This document shows, piece by piece, positions 1 through 11,200 of a DNA stretch of 64,000 bases. Numbering within the stretch: position 1 is the first letter of the stretch; every line of letters starts with the position of its first letter. The notes beneath the pieces were generated by a model that worked only from the letters and a program-made list of their open reading frames with translations, had not been told where the DNA came from and searched no databases. Source of the stretch: Lishizhenia sp. (GTDB lineage: Bacteria; Bacteroidota; Bacteroidia; Flavobacteriales_D; Crocinitomicaceae); assembly GCA_049609045.1 (NCBI GenBank), contig JBMYYC010000006.1, positions 398-64,397 on the forward strand. The letters are read 5' to 3'. Position numbers and translations under genes: made by a program.

Positions 1-662
1 GAAGTATCAAAAACCTCTTCTAAATCAGAACATAAATTTCCTTTAGCATGTACTAATAAGTCGTAAGCTTTTTTAATTCTTTCCCATCGATTGTCTCTAT
101 CCATAGCAAAATATCTACCAATAATAGAAGCTATCTCAATATTCGATGCTTTGATTTTGTCTTGTAATTCTAATAAAAACTGCTTCCCACTTTTAGGATC
201 ACAATCTCTTCCATCTGTAAATGCATGAATAAAAACATCCTTCAAATCATAGGATTTTGCCATCTCACATAAAGCATAAAGGTGCTGTTGAGAGCTGTGG
301 ACACCACCTTCAGACACTAATCCAATAAAATGAACCTTTTTGTTCTTTTGTTTTGCTTCAGAAAATGCCTTTGTTAATGCTTTATTTTCAAAGAAGGTTT
401 TATCCTTAATTGCTTTATTAATTCGAGTTAATTCTTGGTACACAATTCTTCCGGCGCCAATATTTAAATGACCTACTTCAGAATTTCCCATTTGACCTTG
501 TGGCAATCCAACTTCTTCGCCGTGTGTAACTAAGGTTGCATTTGGATAATTCGCTATAAGATTATCCATACAAGGAGTTTTTGCGTTAAAAATAGCATCG
601 GATTTTGATTTATCTCCAATCCCCCATCCATCGAGGATAATTAGTCCTACTTTTTTAGACAT
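1..662 (-). CDS. gpmI: 2,3-bisphosphoglycerate-independent phosphoglycerate mutase (5' part; runs off window start)
   Basis: Manual translation from ATG at 662: MSKKVGLIILDGWGIGD..., then VGLPQGQMGNSEVGHLNIGAGR and GLVSEGGVHS, HAFTDGRD motifs. Missing from the ORF track because it is truncated. Overlaps the upstream kinase gene end by 8 nt. Confidence 0.95.
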   Translation of the reverse strand, partial: MSKKVGLIILDGWGIGDKSKSDAIFNAKTPCMDNLIANYPNATLVTHGEEVGLPQGQMGNSEVGHLNIGAGRIVYQELTRINKAIKDKTFFENKALTKAFSEAKQKNKKVHFIGLVSEGGVHSSQQHLYALCEMAKSYDLKDVFIHAFTDGRDCDPKSGKQFLLELQDKIKASNIEIASIIGRYFAMDRDNRWERIKKAYDLLVHAKGNLCSDLEEVFDT

Positions 663-1548
663 TTTCTATAACGATTTTAAAACAAGCGCCATTGGGCTCA
701 TTATTTTGGTAAGAAATTTTTCCATTGTGTATTTTTACGAGTTCAGATACAATATACAAACCTAAGCCAGTACCTTTCTCTGTTCTTGTTTCTTCGTTAC
801 CTGCTCTGTAAAATTTCTTAAAAATTTGCTTTTGTTCCTCTTTCGCAATACCTGGACCAGTATCACAAACTATAATTTGTAAATTGTTTTCTTCTAAGAA
901 AAACGATAGATTAATTCCTTTTCCTTTTGCATATTTCAATGCATTCTCTAGAAGGTTTATAATCATAATTTCTAACAGAACTCTATCTACATTTACGTTT
1001 CTCGAAACATTATTTATTACAGAAATATCACAGCGTTGTTTACTCCACTTCTGCACTAAATCTTGAGCAAGTAAAGCAATATTTTCTTCTGACTTATTTA
1101 ATTGAAGTACGCGGTTATCTAATTGAGTAGCCGTCAGAATATTTTCAATCATATCCTGTAAACGCTTATTTTCTGTAAGTGCTGAATGTAATAAAGATTC
1201 CCTCTTTTCTTCTGATAAACTGACACGCTTTAATAAAGTTTGTAGGTACAGTCTGTTAGAAGCAATCGGTGTTTTTAATTCGTGCGTAACGGATAATAAA
1301 AAATTACTTTGCTGTTGCGATAACTCGAGTTCTTTTTTTATGGATCTTCTTATTCTCCAGAGGCCAAAAATCAATAAAGCTAAGAATACCGAACCTTCTC
1401 CAACAACCATCCAAGTTCTGTTTTGGGAACCCGGCTCATTTATTTGTAATTCGTTAGAGAGATCTATCAAATGATAGCCCCACCAAGAAAACTGCAAAAC
1501 TACATACACACCTAATAAATAGAAGAATAATGTAGTCTGCTTTTTCAT
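655..1548 (-). CDS. Membrane-bound sensor histidine kinase (HisKA + HATPase_c)
   Basis: Two TM segments; H-box SVTHELKTP; N-box NLLENALKY; G boxes DTGPGI and GTGLGL. Confidence 0.93.
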   Translation of the reverse strand: MKKQTTLFFYLLGVYVVLQFSWWGYHLIDLSNELQINEPGSQNRTWMVVGEGSVFLALLIFGLWRIRRSIKKELELSQQQSNFLLSVTHELKTPIASNRLYLQTLLKRVSLSEEKRESLLHSALTENKRLQDMIENILTATQLDNRVLQLNKSEENIALLAQDLVQKWSKQRCDISVINNVSRNVNVDRVLLEIMIINLLENALKYAKGKGINLSFFLEENNLQIIVCDTGPGIAKEEQKQIFKKFYRAGNEETRTEKGTGLGLYIVSELVKIHNGKISYQNNEPNGACFKIVIENV

Positions 1549-1554
1549 ATCTTT

Positions 1555-3456
1555 TTAATAGGCTCGTTTGTCGTTACCTTCTACAAAATTAATAAATGCT
1601 TTATTTACAACCTTATTTCCTCCTGGTGTTGGATAATTTCCTGTAAAATACCAATCTCCAAGATTGTTTGGACATGCCTTGTGCAAGTTTTCAATTGATT
1701 GATATATGATCTCCACTTCTGCCTTAATTGTTTTAGGTGTTAACAATTCAGATATTTTAGCCGACACCTCTTCCGGAGAAAATGGCTTATAAATCTCTTT
1801 CACATAATTTTTGATCTGTTCCTTCGGAATAAATTCTTGCTCTTTACATTTTTTGTAAACATCATTGATTACATTTTCCATTCCTTTATCCTTCAATAAA
1901 GAAATTGCAGCTTCGAAAGCAATAAAGTCTTTCATTCTAGCCATATCTATTCCGTAACAATCTGGAAAACGTATCTGAGGTGCAGAAGAAACAACAACTA
2001 TTTTCTTAGGTTCTAATCTATCTAAAATTCTAAGAATACTTTGTTTCAATGTTGTTCCTCTTACGATAGAATCATCAATTACTACCAAATTATCTTTACC
2101 TCGAACAACTGAACCATAGGTAATATCGTATACGTGCGCTACCATATCATCTCTGGCATCATCTTGCGTAATAAAAGTTCTTAGTTTAGCATCTTTAATC
2201 GCAATCTTTTCTATACGCGCTCGTCTATTTAAAATAGCAGAAAGTTGATCGTCGGTAAAATCTTTTCCTAAAGCCTTTATAGCTTCAAATTTTTCTTTAT
2301 TTACATGATCTTCCAACCCTTTAATCATACCATAAAAAGAGGTCTCTGCTGTATTTGGAATGAATGAAAAAACAGAATTGTCAAGGTCGTAATTAACCGC
2401 TTTTACTACTTCAGGAACAATTAAATCGCCAAGTTTTTTGCGTTCTTTATAAATATCATAATCGTTTCCTCTTGAAAAATAAATGCGCTCAAAAGAACAT
2501 GCTTGTCTTTCTCTTGGTTCATTAATTAATACTTCGTTTACTGAACCGTTTTTCTTGACAATTAAAGCATGACCAGGAGTTAATTCCTGGATATCTGACT
2601 GCTTTAAATTAAATGCTGTTTGAATAACAGGTCTTTCAGATGCAACTACACAAACTTCATCGTCTTCGTACCAAAATGCTGGCCTAATACCAGAAGGATC
2701 TCTAAGTACAAATGCATCTCCATGACCAAGGAGTCCAGACATTGCGTAACCTCCATCCCAATCTGAAGAAGCTTTTTTTAGGATTTTCTCTAAATCAATT
2801 TTCTCAGCAATACGCTTATATATTTCAGGCTTAGAATATCCTTGCGCTTTATATTGTTGATACATCTCGTCGTTCTCCTCATCTAAGAAATGTCCTATCT
2901 TTTCTAGAACAGTAACTGTATCAGATTTTTCTTTGGGATGCTGACCTATTCCTTTTAAAACGTCAAATAATTCATCAACGTTTGTAAGATTAAAGTTTCC
3001 TGCAACCACTAGATTTCTTGTTATCCAATTATTTTGTCTAAGGAATGGATGACAACTCTCAATAGAATTTCGTCCAAAAGTTCCATAACGTAAATGACCT
3101 AAAAACAACTCACCAGTAAACCCTGCATTTCTTTTTAAATAATCTACATCATTAAGTTTCTCTGGGTTCGTTTCTTCTATTTCTTGAAAACGTTTATTGA
3201 TAGATGAAAAAATATCTTGGATGGGTTTAGGGTCTGTAGAACGCACCCTAGAAATATATCTTTCTCCTGGATCCATATCTAACTTAATGTTGGCAACACC
3301 CGCTCCGTCTTGTCCACGGTTATGCTGTTTTTCCATTAATAGATAAAGTTTATTTATTCCGTAGAAAGCTGTTCCGTATTTTTCAAGATAGAACTCTAGG
3401 GGTTTTTTTAGTCTTAAAAGTGCAATTCCACACTCGTGTTTTATAGCATCACTCAT
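1555..3456 (-). CDS. purF: Amidophosphoribosyltransferase (long Bacteroidota type)
   Basis: N-terminal HECG (Ntn Cys), QHNRGQDGAG, GHLRYGT, PRPP loop VIDDSIVRGTT, C-terminal TGNYP. Confidence 0.93.
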   Translation of the reverse strand: MSDAIKHECGIALLRLKKPLEFYLEKYGTAFYGINKLYLLMEKQHNRGQDGAGVANIKLDMDPGERYISRVRSTDPKPIQDIFSSINKRFQEIEETNPEKLNDVDYLKRNAGFTGELFLGHLRYGTFGRNSIESCHPFLRQNNWITRNLVVAGNFNLTNVDELFDVLKGIGQHPKEKSDTVTVLEKIGHFLDEENDEMYQQYKAQGYSKPEIYKRIAEKIDLEKILKKASSDWDGGYAMSGLLGHGDAFVLRDPSGIRPAFWYEDDEVCVVASERPVIQTAFNLKQSDIQELTPGHALIVKKNGSVNEVLINEPRERQACSFERIYFSRGNDYDIYKERKKLGDLIVPEVVKAVNYDLDNSVFSFIPNTAETSFYGMIKGLEDHVNKEKFEAIKALGKDFTDDQLSAILNRRARIEKIAIKDAKLRTFITQDDARDDMVAHVYDITYGSVVRGKDNLVVIDDSIVRGTTLKQSILRILDRLEPKKIVVVSSAPQIRFPDCYGIDMARMKDFIAFEAAISLLKDKGMENVINDVYKKCKEQEFIPKEQIKNYVKEIYKPFSPEEVSAKISELLTPKTIKAEVEIIYQSIENLHKACPNNLGDWYFTGNYPTPGGNKVVNKAFINFVEGNDKRAY

Positions 3457-3480
3457 CGTTGGTACGAGATATTTTTATTG

Positions 3481-3488
3481 CAAATTTA
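3481..3488 (-). promoter_or_regulatory. Bacteroidota housekeeping -7 promoter element (TAAATTTG) for purF-kinase-gpmI
   Basis: Matches TAnnTTTG about 25 nt upstream of the purF ATG. Confidence 0.6.
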
Positions 3489-3517
3489 ACCTTTAATTTT
3501 AGAAGCAAAATGACATT

Positions 3518-3533
3518 TGGTAAGACATTTGCT
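3518..3533 (+). promoter_or_regulatory. Possible sigma54 -24/-12 promoter
   Basis: TGGTAAGACATTTGCT: GG-N10-GC spacing upstream of the large T9SS cargo gene. Confidence 0.35.
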
Positions 3534-3618
3534 ATAAACTTCTAAAATTAGGCAACTTTAAATGAAAAAAACAGTTATTAATTAAAGATAAAACGGATGA
3601 TGTCATAGATTAATTCGT

Positions 3619-6600
3619 TTGGTTGACTCACAAATACATTGTAAATTTAAGTCATTGATTAAAAAGACGCTATACATATTTTTATTACTAGTCTCTTTCA
3701 TGAGTTTTACTCAAGAAGTATGGCTGCATCCTAACAAAGGACAATGGGAGGAAAAAATCTTGTATAAAGTTGATATGAACGCTGGAGCCATGTTTATAGA
3801 AAAAGATGGATTTGCTTATCATTTAAATAATTATTCGGATTTACACAATCACTCAGAGGATAAACATGAACACCATCATGTAAATGATCATGCCGAGGAA
3901 AAAATCCAGAATTTTGGACTAAAATCTAAATTTCTAAATAGCAATTGGCAAGGAGAGTTAAAAGTATCTGACTCTTCCACTTTTTACAGAAATTATATTT
4001 TGGGGTCTGATTCTACAAAATGGAAAGGAAATATACACAGTTACAATAAAGTTGAATTTTTAGATTTTTACCCCAACATAGACTTAATAATTGAGGGAAC
4101 CAAAGCCCTTAAATATAGTTTTAGAGTAAAGCCAGGTGCAGATATATCTCAAATCAAAATTCAATACGACGGTCAAAACAGCATCAAATTAGACAAAGGA
4201 GGAAACCTTAAAGTTCACACAGATTTAGGAATCTTAACAGAAAGCAAACCGTATTCATATCAAATAGAAAGAGATAAAGAAATAGAGAGTTCCTTTATTC
4301 TAGAAAATGGAATCCTTAGATTTGATATACCGAACGCACCAATAAATGGAACTTATGTTATAGATCCTGAAATAACTTTTTCTACTTTCTCAGGTTCTAC
4401 AGCAGATAACTGGGGATATACTGCAACACCAGATCAAAACGCTAATTTGTTTGGCGGAGGAATCGTAGCAGGATCTGGGTATCCTCTTACTACAGGACCT
4501 TATGACGGCACATTCAACGGTGGAGAAGGACAATATCCATGGGATGTTGCCATTACAAAATTCAATGCACAAGGAAGTGCTTTAATTTATAGTACTTATT
4601 TTGGAGGCGCAGGAAACGAAACACCCAACTCAATCATTGCTAATGACGCAGGAGAACTTTTTATTTTTGGCGTTACTTCTAGTCCAAACCTTCCGGTAAC
4701 AGCAGGTGCCTTTCAAACCGTTTTTAATGGCGGTCAGTTTACAAACGAAAATTTTGTTCCCCTCAGCGGTAGTGATTTATATTTGGCAAGACTAAGTGCT
4801 GATGGATCTAATTTACTTGCTTCTACCTTCATTGGAGGTTCGGGAGTGGACGGCGTTAATATTGGAAGCTTAGCGTATAATTATGGTGATCAATACAGAG
4901 GGGAAGTAACGCTTGATAATTCAGGAAATGTTTATTTCTCTTCAACTACGCAGTCATCAAATTTCCCAACTGCGGGCAGCCAGTCAGACAATACACTATC
5001 TGGAGGTCAAGATGCAGTAATAGGTAAATTTAACCCTGCATTAAGCAATTTAAACTGGTGCACCTACTTTGGAGGATCTGGAATAGAAACTGGAAATGCG
5101 CTGCAAGTTTCAAATACAGGAAATGTTTATGTAACTGGAGGAACAACGTCAAACTCATTAGGTGTAAGTACTGGATTAGACCTAACATATAACGGAGGTA
5201 TTGATGGATACTTAATAGAATTAGACGGAAACACCGCCAACCTATTAGCTGGAACATACATAGGTACTCCTAACTACGATCAAGGATATTTTGTTCAAGT
5301 AGATTTAGACAACAAGCCTTATGTCTATGGTCAAACCGACGGAAATATGGCAATTACTCCGGGCAAATTTGGAGTTGCAAATAGTGGACAATTCATAAAA
5401 AAATTCAATGAAACGCTAACGGCAGAAGAATGGACAACTTTAATAGGTGCTGGATCGGGAGCTCCAGAAATCTCTCCGACTGCCTTCTTGGTATCTGATT
5501 GTTATACCATTTATATAGCAGGATGGGGAGGAAATACAAATAGTGGTTCAGTTCCTTCTAGCACCACAAACGGTTTTCCGGTTACTCTTGATGCTTTTCA
5601 ATCAACTACCAATGGCAGTAATTTTTATATTGCCGTTCTAGGAACGGACGCAACAAATTTAGATTATGCAACATTTATGGGAGGTACAAATAGCCCTTCT
5701 AACCACGTAGACGGCGGAACAAGTCGTTTCGATAAAAAGGGAAGAATATATCATGCTGTTTGTGGAAGTTGTGGATCAGCAACAGATGGCTTTACTACAA
5801 CGTTGGGAGCATTTTCCAATACTGACAATAGTAACAACTGTAATATGGCATGCTTTAAGTTTGATTTAAGTAATATAGAATCTACTATTGGCGCTGTTGC
5901 CCCACTAATTTGCCTACCGAACTCTGTTACATTTCCCAATAATTCGCAAAATGGAAATACCTTTTTCTGGGATTTTGGAGATAATAATTTTAGTACAGCT
6001 TTTAGTCCGACACATGACTATGCAGGACCAGGAAATTATACCGTTACTCTTGTTGTGGGCGATAGCTTAAATTGCTTCGAGAATGACACTACAACCTTTG
6101 ATATAGTAATTGACATATTTGAAGGAGGAGTTGTAACTCCACCTACTCCAATTTGCCCCGGAGAGCCATACCAGTTAGAAGCATTTGGAGGTGCGACATA
6201 TGAGTGGTTTCCCGCTCAATTTTTAGATGACGCAAATTCACCAACTCCTACTGCAAACATCACTCAACCCACTAATTTCACCGTAATTGTTTCGGACGTC
6301 TGTGGTGCAGATACATTAGATGCTTTTTTAGATGTTTACGGTGGAAACATAGAAACAATTGGTGATACTTCTATTTGCTTTGGAGAAGAAATTACAGTTT
6401 GGGCAACTGGAGGAGGAACATACGCTTGGAGTCCGCCAAATGGTTTACAAGCAACGAACTTAGATACCACAACTGCTTCTCCAGACGCTACTACAACTTA
6501 CGAAATCCTAGTAACTACTCCTGAAGGATGCGAAATAAACGAATCTTTTACTATCGAGGTATTCTTCGATGTACCTACTCCTATGATTGATGATACGTTA

Positions 6601-7524
6601 AAACTGTGTAAGTTTTCTTCGGCAGAGATTACCGCTAGCGGAGCAGTTAATTATACTTGGAGTCCGCCAACAGGATTAAATACAACCGTTGGAAGTACAG
6701 TAATAACCAATACTATAAATGACATTACATATTATGTGGATTTCACAAATCCATGTGGAACTGTTCCGGACTCTACATATATTGAAGTGATTGAAGTAAA
6801 CGCAAGGGCAGGAAACGATACTATCGTATGTCCAAGAGAGCCCGCTGAGGTCTGGGCTTCAGGAGGAATAAGTTACATGTGGTTTCCTAGTGCATTTGTA
6901 AGTAATTTCAATTCCGACTCAACAATTGTACAGCCCAACTACCCTACCAACTTTGGTGTTGAGGTGACTGATATTAATGGATGTAAGGACACTGCATTTG
7001 TATTAATAGATCATTTCCCTGAACCATTTGTTCAAGCCAATGGTGACTATTACGGTTTCACGGGAGATGAAATACAGCTAAATGCCGTTTCAAATTTAAC
7101 AGGTTCTTTTACATGGTCTCCCACAGAGTTTTTAAATTGCGTAAATTGCAGTGCACCTATAGCTACACCACTTAATAGCATAAATTATATCGTTTATTTT
7201 GTTGATCAAAATGGATGTAAAGACAATGATACCACGTCTATCTTTTTTGAAGGTTTGGTTTATGTGCCGAATACTTTTACGCCAGATGCCAACGAATTTA
7301 ACCCGAGATTTTCAGTTAAAGGAGGGAATATTAAAACCTTTGAAATGCAAATTTTCAATCGATGGGGAGAATTAATCTATGAATTTTCAGATTTCTTTGA
7401 TTCTTGGGATGGAACATATAAAGGTTTACCTTGTAAAGATGGAACATACGTTTGGAAAATGAACTATACCGATATCGAAGGAAATCAAGTTCAAAAGGTG
7501 GGTCATGTTAATTTGCTTAGATAA
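3619..7524 (+). CDS. T9SS type B (gliding-motility C-terminal domain) secreted protein with SBBP-like beta-propeller repeats and PKD domain
   Basis: NKGQW N-terminal domain, repeated YSTYFGGxGxE motifs, PKD (WDFGD), C-terminal YVPNTFTPD...IFNRWG...WDGTY...GHVNLLR. Real start is probably TTG at 3655 (signal peptide follows). Confidence 0.88.
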   Translation: MVDSQIHCKFKSLIKKTLYIFLLLVSFMSFTQEVWLHPNKGQWEEKILYKVDMNAGAMFIEKDGFAYHLNNYSDLHNHSEDKHEHHHVNDHAEEKIQNFGLKSKFLNSNWQGELKVSDSSTFYRNYILGSDSTKWKGNIHSYNKVEFLDFYPNIDLIIEGTKALKYSFRVKPGADISQIKIQYDGQNSIKLDKGGNLKVHTDLGILTESKPYSYQIERDKEIESSFILENGILRFDIPNAPINGTYVIDPEITFSTFSGSTADNWGYTATPDQNANLFGGGIVAGSGYPLTTGPYDGTFNGGEGQYPWDVAITKFNAQGSALIYSTYFGGAGNETPNSIIANDAGELFIFGVTSSPNLPVTAGAFQTVFNGGQFTNENFVPLSGSDLYLARLSADGSNLLASTFIGGSGVDGVNIGSLAYNYGDQYRGEVTLDNSGNVYFSSTTQSSNFPTAGSQSDNTLSGGQDAVIGKFNPALSNLNWCTYFGGSGIETGNALQVSNTGNVYVTGGTTSNSLGVSTGLDLTYNGGIDGYLIELDGNTANLLAGTYIGTPNYDQGYFVQVDLDNKPYVYGQTDGNMAITPGKFGVANSGQFIKKFNETLTAEEWTTLIGAGSGAPEISPTAFLVSDCYTIYIAGWGGNTNSGSVPSSTTNGFPVTLDAFQSTTNGSNFYIAVLGTDATNLDYATFMGGTNSPSNHVDGGTSRFDKKGRIYHAVCGSCGSATDGFTTTLGAFSNTDNSNNCNMACFKFDLSNIESTIGAVAPLICLPNSVTFPNNSQNGNTFFWDFGDNNFSTAFSPTHDYAGPGNYTVTLVVGDSLNCFENDTTTFDIVIDIFEGGVVTPPTPICPGEPYQLEAFGGATYEWFPAQFLDDANSPTPTANITQPTNFTVIVSDVCGADTLDAFLDVYGGNIETIGDTSICFGEEITVWATGGGTYAWSPPNGLQATNLDTTTASPDATTTYEILVTTPEGCEINESFTIEVFFDVPTPMIDDTLKLCKFSSAEITASGAVNYTWSPPTGLNTTVGSTVITNTINDITYYVDFTNPCGTVPDSTYIEVIEVNARAGNDTIVCPREPAEVWASGGISYMWFPSAFVSNFNSDSTIVQPNYPTNFGVEVTDINGCKDTAFVLIDHFPEPFVQANGDYYGFTGDEIQLNAVSNLTGSFTWSPTEFLNCVNCSAPIATPLNSINYIVYFVDQNGCKDNDTTSIFFEGLVYVPNTFTPDANEFNPRFSVKGGNIKTFEMQIFNRWGELIYEFSDFFDSWDGTYKGLPCKDGTYVWKMNYTDIEGNQVQKVGHVNLLR

Positions 7525-7590
7525 AAAAGGAGTATAAAGACTAACAAAAATTAAGTCTGACTATTTTTAACCATGCAATTAAAAGAGCCT

Positions 7591-7623
7591 AAAAAAAGCG
7601 CAACTCTTAATTGAACTGCGCTT
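7591..7623 (-). terminator. Intrinsic terminator after nbaC
   Basis: AAGCGCA...TGCGCTT stem with a U-tract on the minus strand. Confidence 0.55.
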
Positions 7624-7645
7624 ATCTATAATATAATCCTTTTAT

Positions 7646-8170
7646 TTAAACGAATCGTTCGTCTACTTCCATTACTGTTCCGCAATCAGAGCACGTTCTA
7701 TTCTGCTCAGAGCCATAAAATTCTCTAAAGCGAGGTAAGAAATCATCTTCAATGTTATTCAAATTAAACTTATATTCTTTCAATTTATTATTACAATTAT
7801 CACAGAACCACATTAAACCATCAATGAGGTCTGTTCCTGTTCTTACCTTTTCTATAACTAAACCAACTGAGTTAGCCGGACGAATAGGTGAATGAGGAAT
7901 ATTACCGGGAAGCAAAAATATTTCGCCTTCTTTTATATGAATATCTCTTACTTTACCTTCTTCTTGGACTTTAACTAAGATGTCTCCTTCTATTTGAATA
8001 AATAATTCTTCAGACTCATTATAATGATAATCTTTTCTTGCATTAGGACCGCCAACAATCATTACAATAAAATCTCCTGCTTCAACATAAAGATTTTTAT
8101 TACTCACTGGAGGTTTCAGCAAATCTCTATTATCATCAATCCACTTGAATAAATTAAAAGGAAGTTTCAT
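7646..8170 (-). CDS. nbaC: 3-hydroxyanthranilate 3,4-dioxygenase
   Basis: LKPPVSNK, VGGPNARKDYHYNESEE, PHSP and rubredoxin-like CDNC...CSDC motifs; start moved to MKLPFNL (8170). Confidence 0.93.
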   Translation of the reverse strand: MKLPFNLFKWIDDNRDLLKPPVSNKNLYVEAGDFIVMIVGGPNARKDYHYNESEELFIQIEGDILVKVQEEGKVRDIHIKEGEIFLLPGNIPHSPIRPANSVGLVIEKVRTGTDLIDGLMWFCDNCNNKLKEYKFNLNNIEDDFLPRFREFYGSEQNRTCSDCGTVMEVDERFV

Positions 8171-8213
8171 ATTTAATTTTTTGATAAAGTTAATCAATAT
8201 AAAAAATTGAAGC

Positions 8214-8245
8214 AAAAAAAAGGTCGATATTGCTATCGACCTTTT
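8214..8245 (-). terminator. Intrinsic terminator
   Basis: AAAAGGTCGATA-TTGC-TATCGACCTTTT perfect stem with A8/T tails. Confidence 0.8.
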
Positions 8246-8263
8246 CTAAATGACTAATACAAA

Positions 8264-11200
8264 TTAGTTTTTCACTAATCTATACGTATTCGCAACATTC
8301 TCGTTACGTAAATTAATCATGTAAATACCATTTTCAAAAGCAGCTACATTTATAATTAACTCCGTTCCGAATGTTAATTTTTCATTAGAAGTAAAAACAA
8401 CTCTTCCGTTTACATCTGTTATCTCCACGCTAAGAACTTCATTATTTTCTGAAGCTATTGTAACGATATCAGAAGTTGGATTTGGGAAAATTGAAATTCC
8501 TTCTAATTTGTTTTCATCTAATCCTAAATAGTCACATGTACCATCTACCGTTACAACAACTAACGCTGTATCATCCGGACAAACACCATTTCCTGATATA
8601 TAATCATAATTGAACTGACCAAGTATATTAGAGGCTGATGGTGTTGCGTTAGGTAACGCTACATCTTGAGGGTCAAACCAAGTACCACCTAAATCTGCAT
8701 TACCATTTAATGCTGAAAATAAGTTAGTTGGCTGATTCAAACATACCGTAATATTTCCGTCTTGTCCTGCGTTTGAAGGAGGAAAAATAGTAATATTTGC
8801 AGTTACAGAATCGTATGCACATTGTCTTTGAACTCTATATTCAAAGGCGTATGTATTTGACGCTAAAACAGTGGTTGCAAAGAACTCATCGTTTAATTGC
8901 GCAGTAAACTGATTTTCTAACCAAGTACCGTACTCTAAATCGTATCCAGTAATTGTATTAAACATATCTACTGTATCACCTAAACAAGCATCTAAGTCTG
9001 TTACAAAACTACCCGCGTTATAGTCAATCTCCGTTAAAGCGATTGAATAGTTGTTATTCGTAAATGTAGACTCGTTTGAGTGCAATAAGTAATATTGCGC
9101 ACCAGGAGTTAAACCACACTGAATATAAAATGGAGCATTTTGAAACGGCACCTCAATATCATTATCGTTTGCACCAACCAAAGTAAACGTATTGTAATCT
9201 CCACAATCCGTTACTTCGTAAACTGCCATCTTAGTTGTTTGATTATTATCCAGTCCTGAAATCAATACGTTTCCTGATGCAGGAGCAGTAAATGTAAACC
9301 AAGTTGTTTCAACTAAAGTAGACGCACCCCATCCATCTGGAGTTTGGAATCCTGTTGCTGGTGGTGCAATTGCTGCCTCACCTGTTGAAACACCTGTATT
9401 TAAGTTACTGAATTGATAAACTGTTCCGTCTATTGCTAAATCAACTGCAAAACATGTAGAATCATTCAATGCTGGTATCAAAGCAGTATTAGGTGTTGAA
9501 TACAAACTTGTATCTGCTCCACACACTGCTTGCACATAAACATCATAATAAGCGCCATACAATAAACCTGCATCTACAATTGTATCATCAAAGAGAATAT
9601 CTGAAGTTACTGTCATTCCCGTATATAAAGGCTGACCTTGCAGAATGTACTGAATATTAAATCCTGTAGGAAGTGAAGTAGGTGCTCCTACTGTCCAATC
9701 CCAAGTTACTGAAATTGAATCTTGTAATCCGTTTGCAGAAACTCCGAATGGAGTAGCACAAACTGGTGCTGTTTGAGTAGTAATGACAGCTCCAACTGAT
9801 TGAAGAGTAATATCACAATCTGAATAAACATATACATCGTAATCTGTCAATTGAGTTAAACCTCCAATTGTATCTTGTGTATTTGTTGTAGTAAATGTAG
9901 TACCTGTACCTGGAGTAAATCCAGCAGGACCATATTCAATTGTCCAGTTTGTTTCTCCTGCTAAACCAGCATTCCAAGAAACAATAATTGTATCAGAAAA
10001 ATATCCAACTGTAGACAAATCAACTACATTTGGACAATCTGTGTAATACAATCTTGCACATGAATTGTTTTGTAAGAAAACAGGATCATCATCAGATATT
10101 GTAATATCTTGATTTGGCCCTGAAGCTCCGATTGAGGCATTTGCAGCAAAATCATCCCCTACATTTGAGCCTCCAAAAACTACGTCATCGTAAACATAAT
10201 AAATCTCATTAGTAGCCTCCTCTATTTGAACTTGGAAGGTTACAGTTGGTGCAGTTGGGTTCCCAGAGAAATTACAAATATTATCCCACTGAATAACCAA
10301 AATTCTATTTGGAGCTGTGCCTATTGTCTCCCAATATACATTTCCTGTTTCTTCATCTAAATCGTCTCCCCATGGGAAAAGCGTACCATCCGGTAAAGTA
10401 TTAAAATTACCTCCAGACCCAATATTAGCAGTTGTTGAACCTAATTGCATACCACCGTTATTTCCAATTCGAGCAGTTGTCATCAACAATTGCTGATAAA
10501 GGACTGGAAAAGGAAGAGGATTAATATTTGCTTCGCCATCGTCTGTAAGGTTAAGATCAGTTCCGGTTGATGAAATATCAATAAAACCAGCAGTTGGACA
10601 TTGCGTATCAAAGTCCATAAAAGCAGCTTGATTGTATGTATTGAATTCAATTGGACCAACGTAGTCAGAGGTATCTCCAGGACCACAAATTGTTCTAACA
10701 TATACTTCATAAAAAGAATTTGAAACTAACCCCTGAATATTTGAAGTTGTAGTCGTCTCAACCTGAGTAAACCCAGATCCTGGGGTAAACCCACTCAAAC
10801 CATATTCAATAGAAAATTCTGATGCCACGGAAGTCCAAGAAACATCTGCAGAAGTTAAATCTGCGTCATCAAGAACTAACAATGAAGGAACACCGCACTC
10901 CGCTGTTATTGTTAATGGACCAGCTCCAGAAGTTGTATCTGTACCACAATCTCTGTATACATAATAGTCGTAAATTGTACCAGGTGTTAAACCAACAACT
11001 TGAGCACTAGTAGATCCGAAAACATTTACAATATTAAGAAATGTACCAGGAGTAAAACCAGTAACTCCATACTCAACTATAAAGTCACTGCCAATTGCTG
11101 CCGGATTATTATCCCAAGTTAAGTCTGTTGTAATTCCCGTTGAGCCCACTACCGAAAAATTTAAGGGTACTGCACATGGAATATCACAAGCAATAGGACC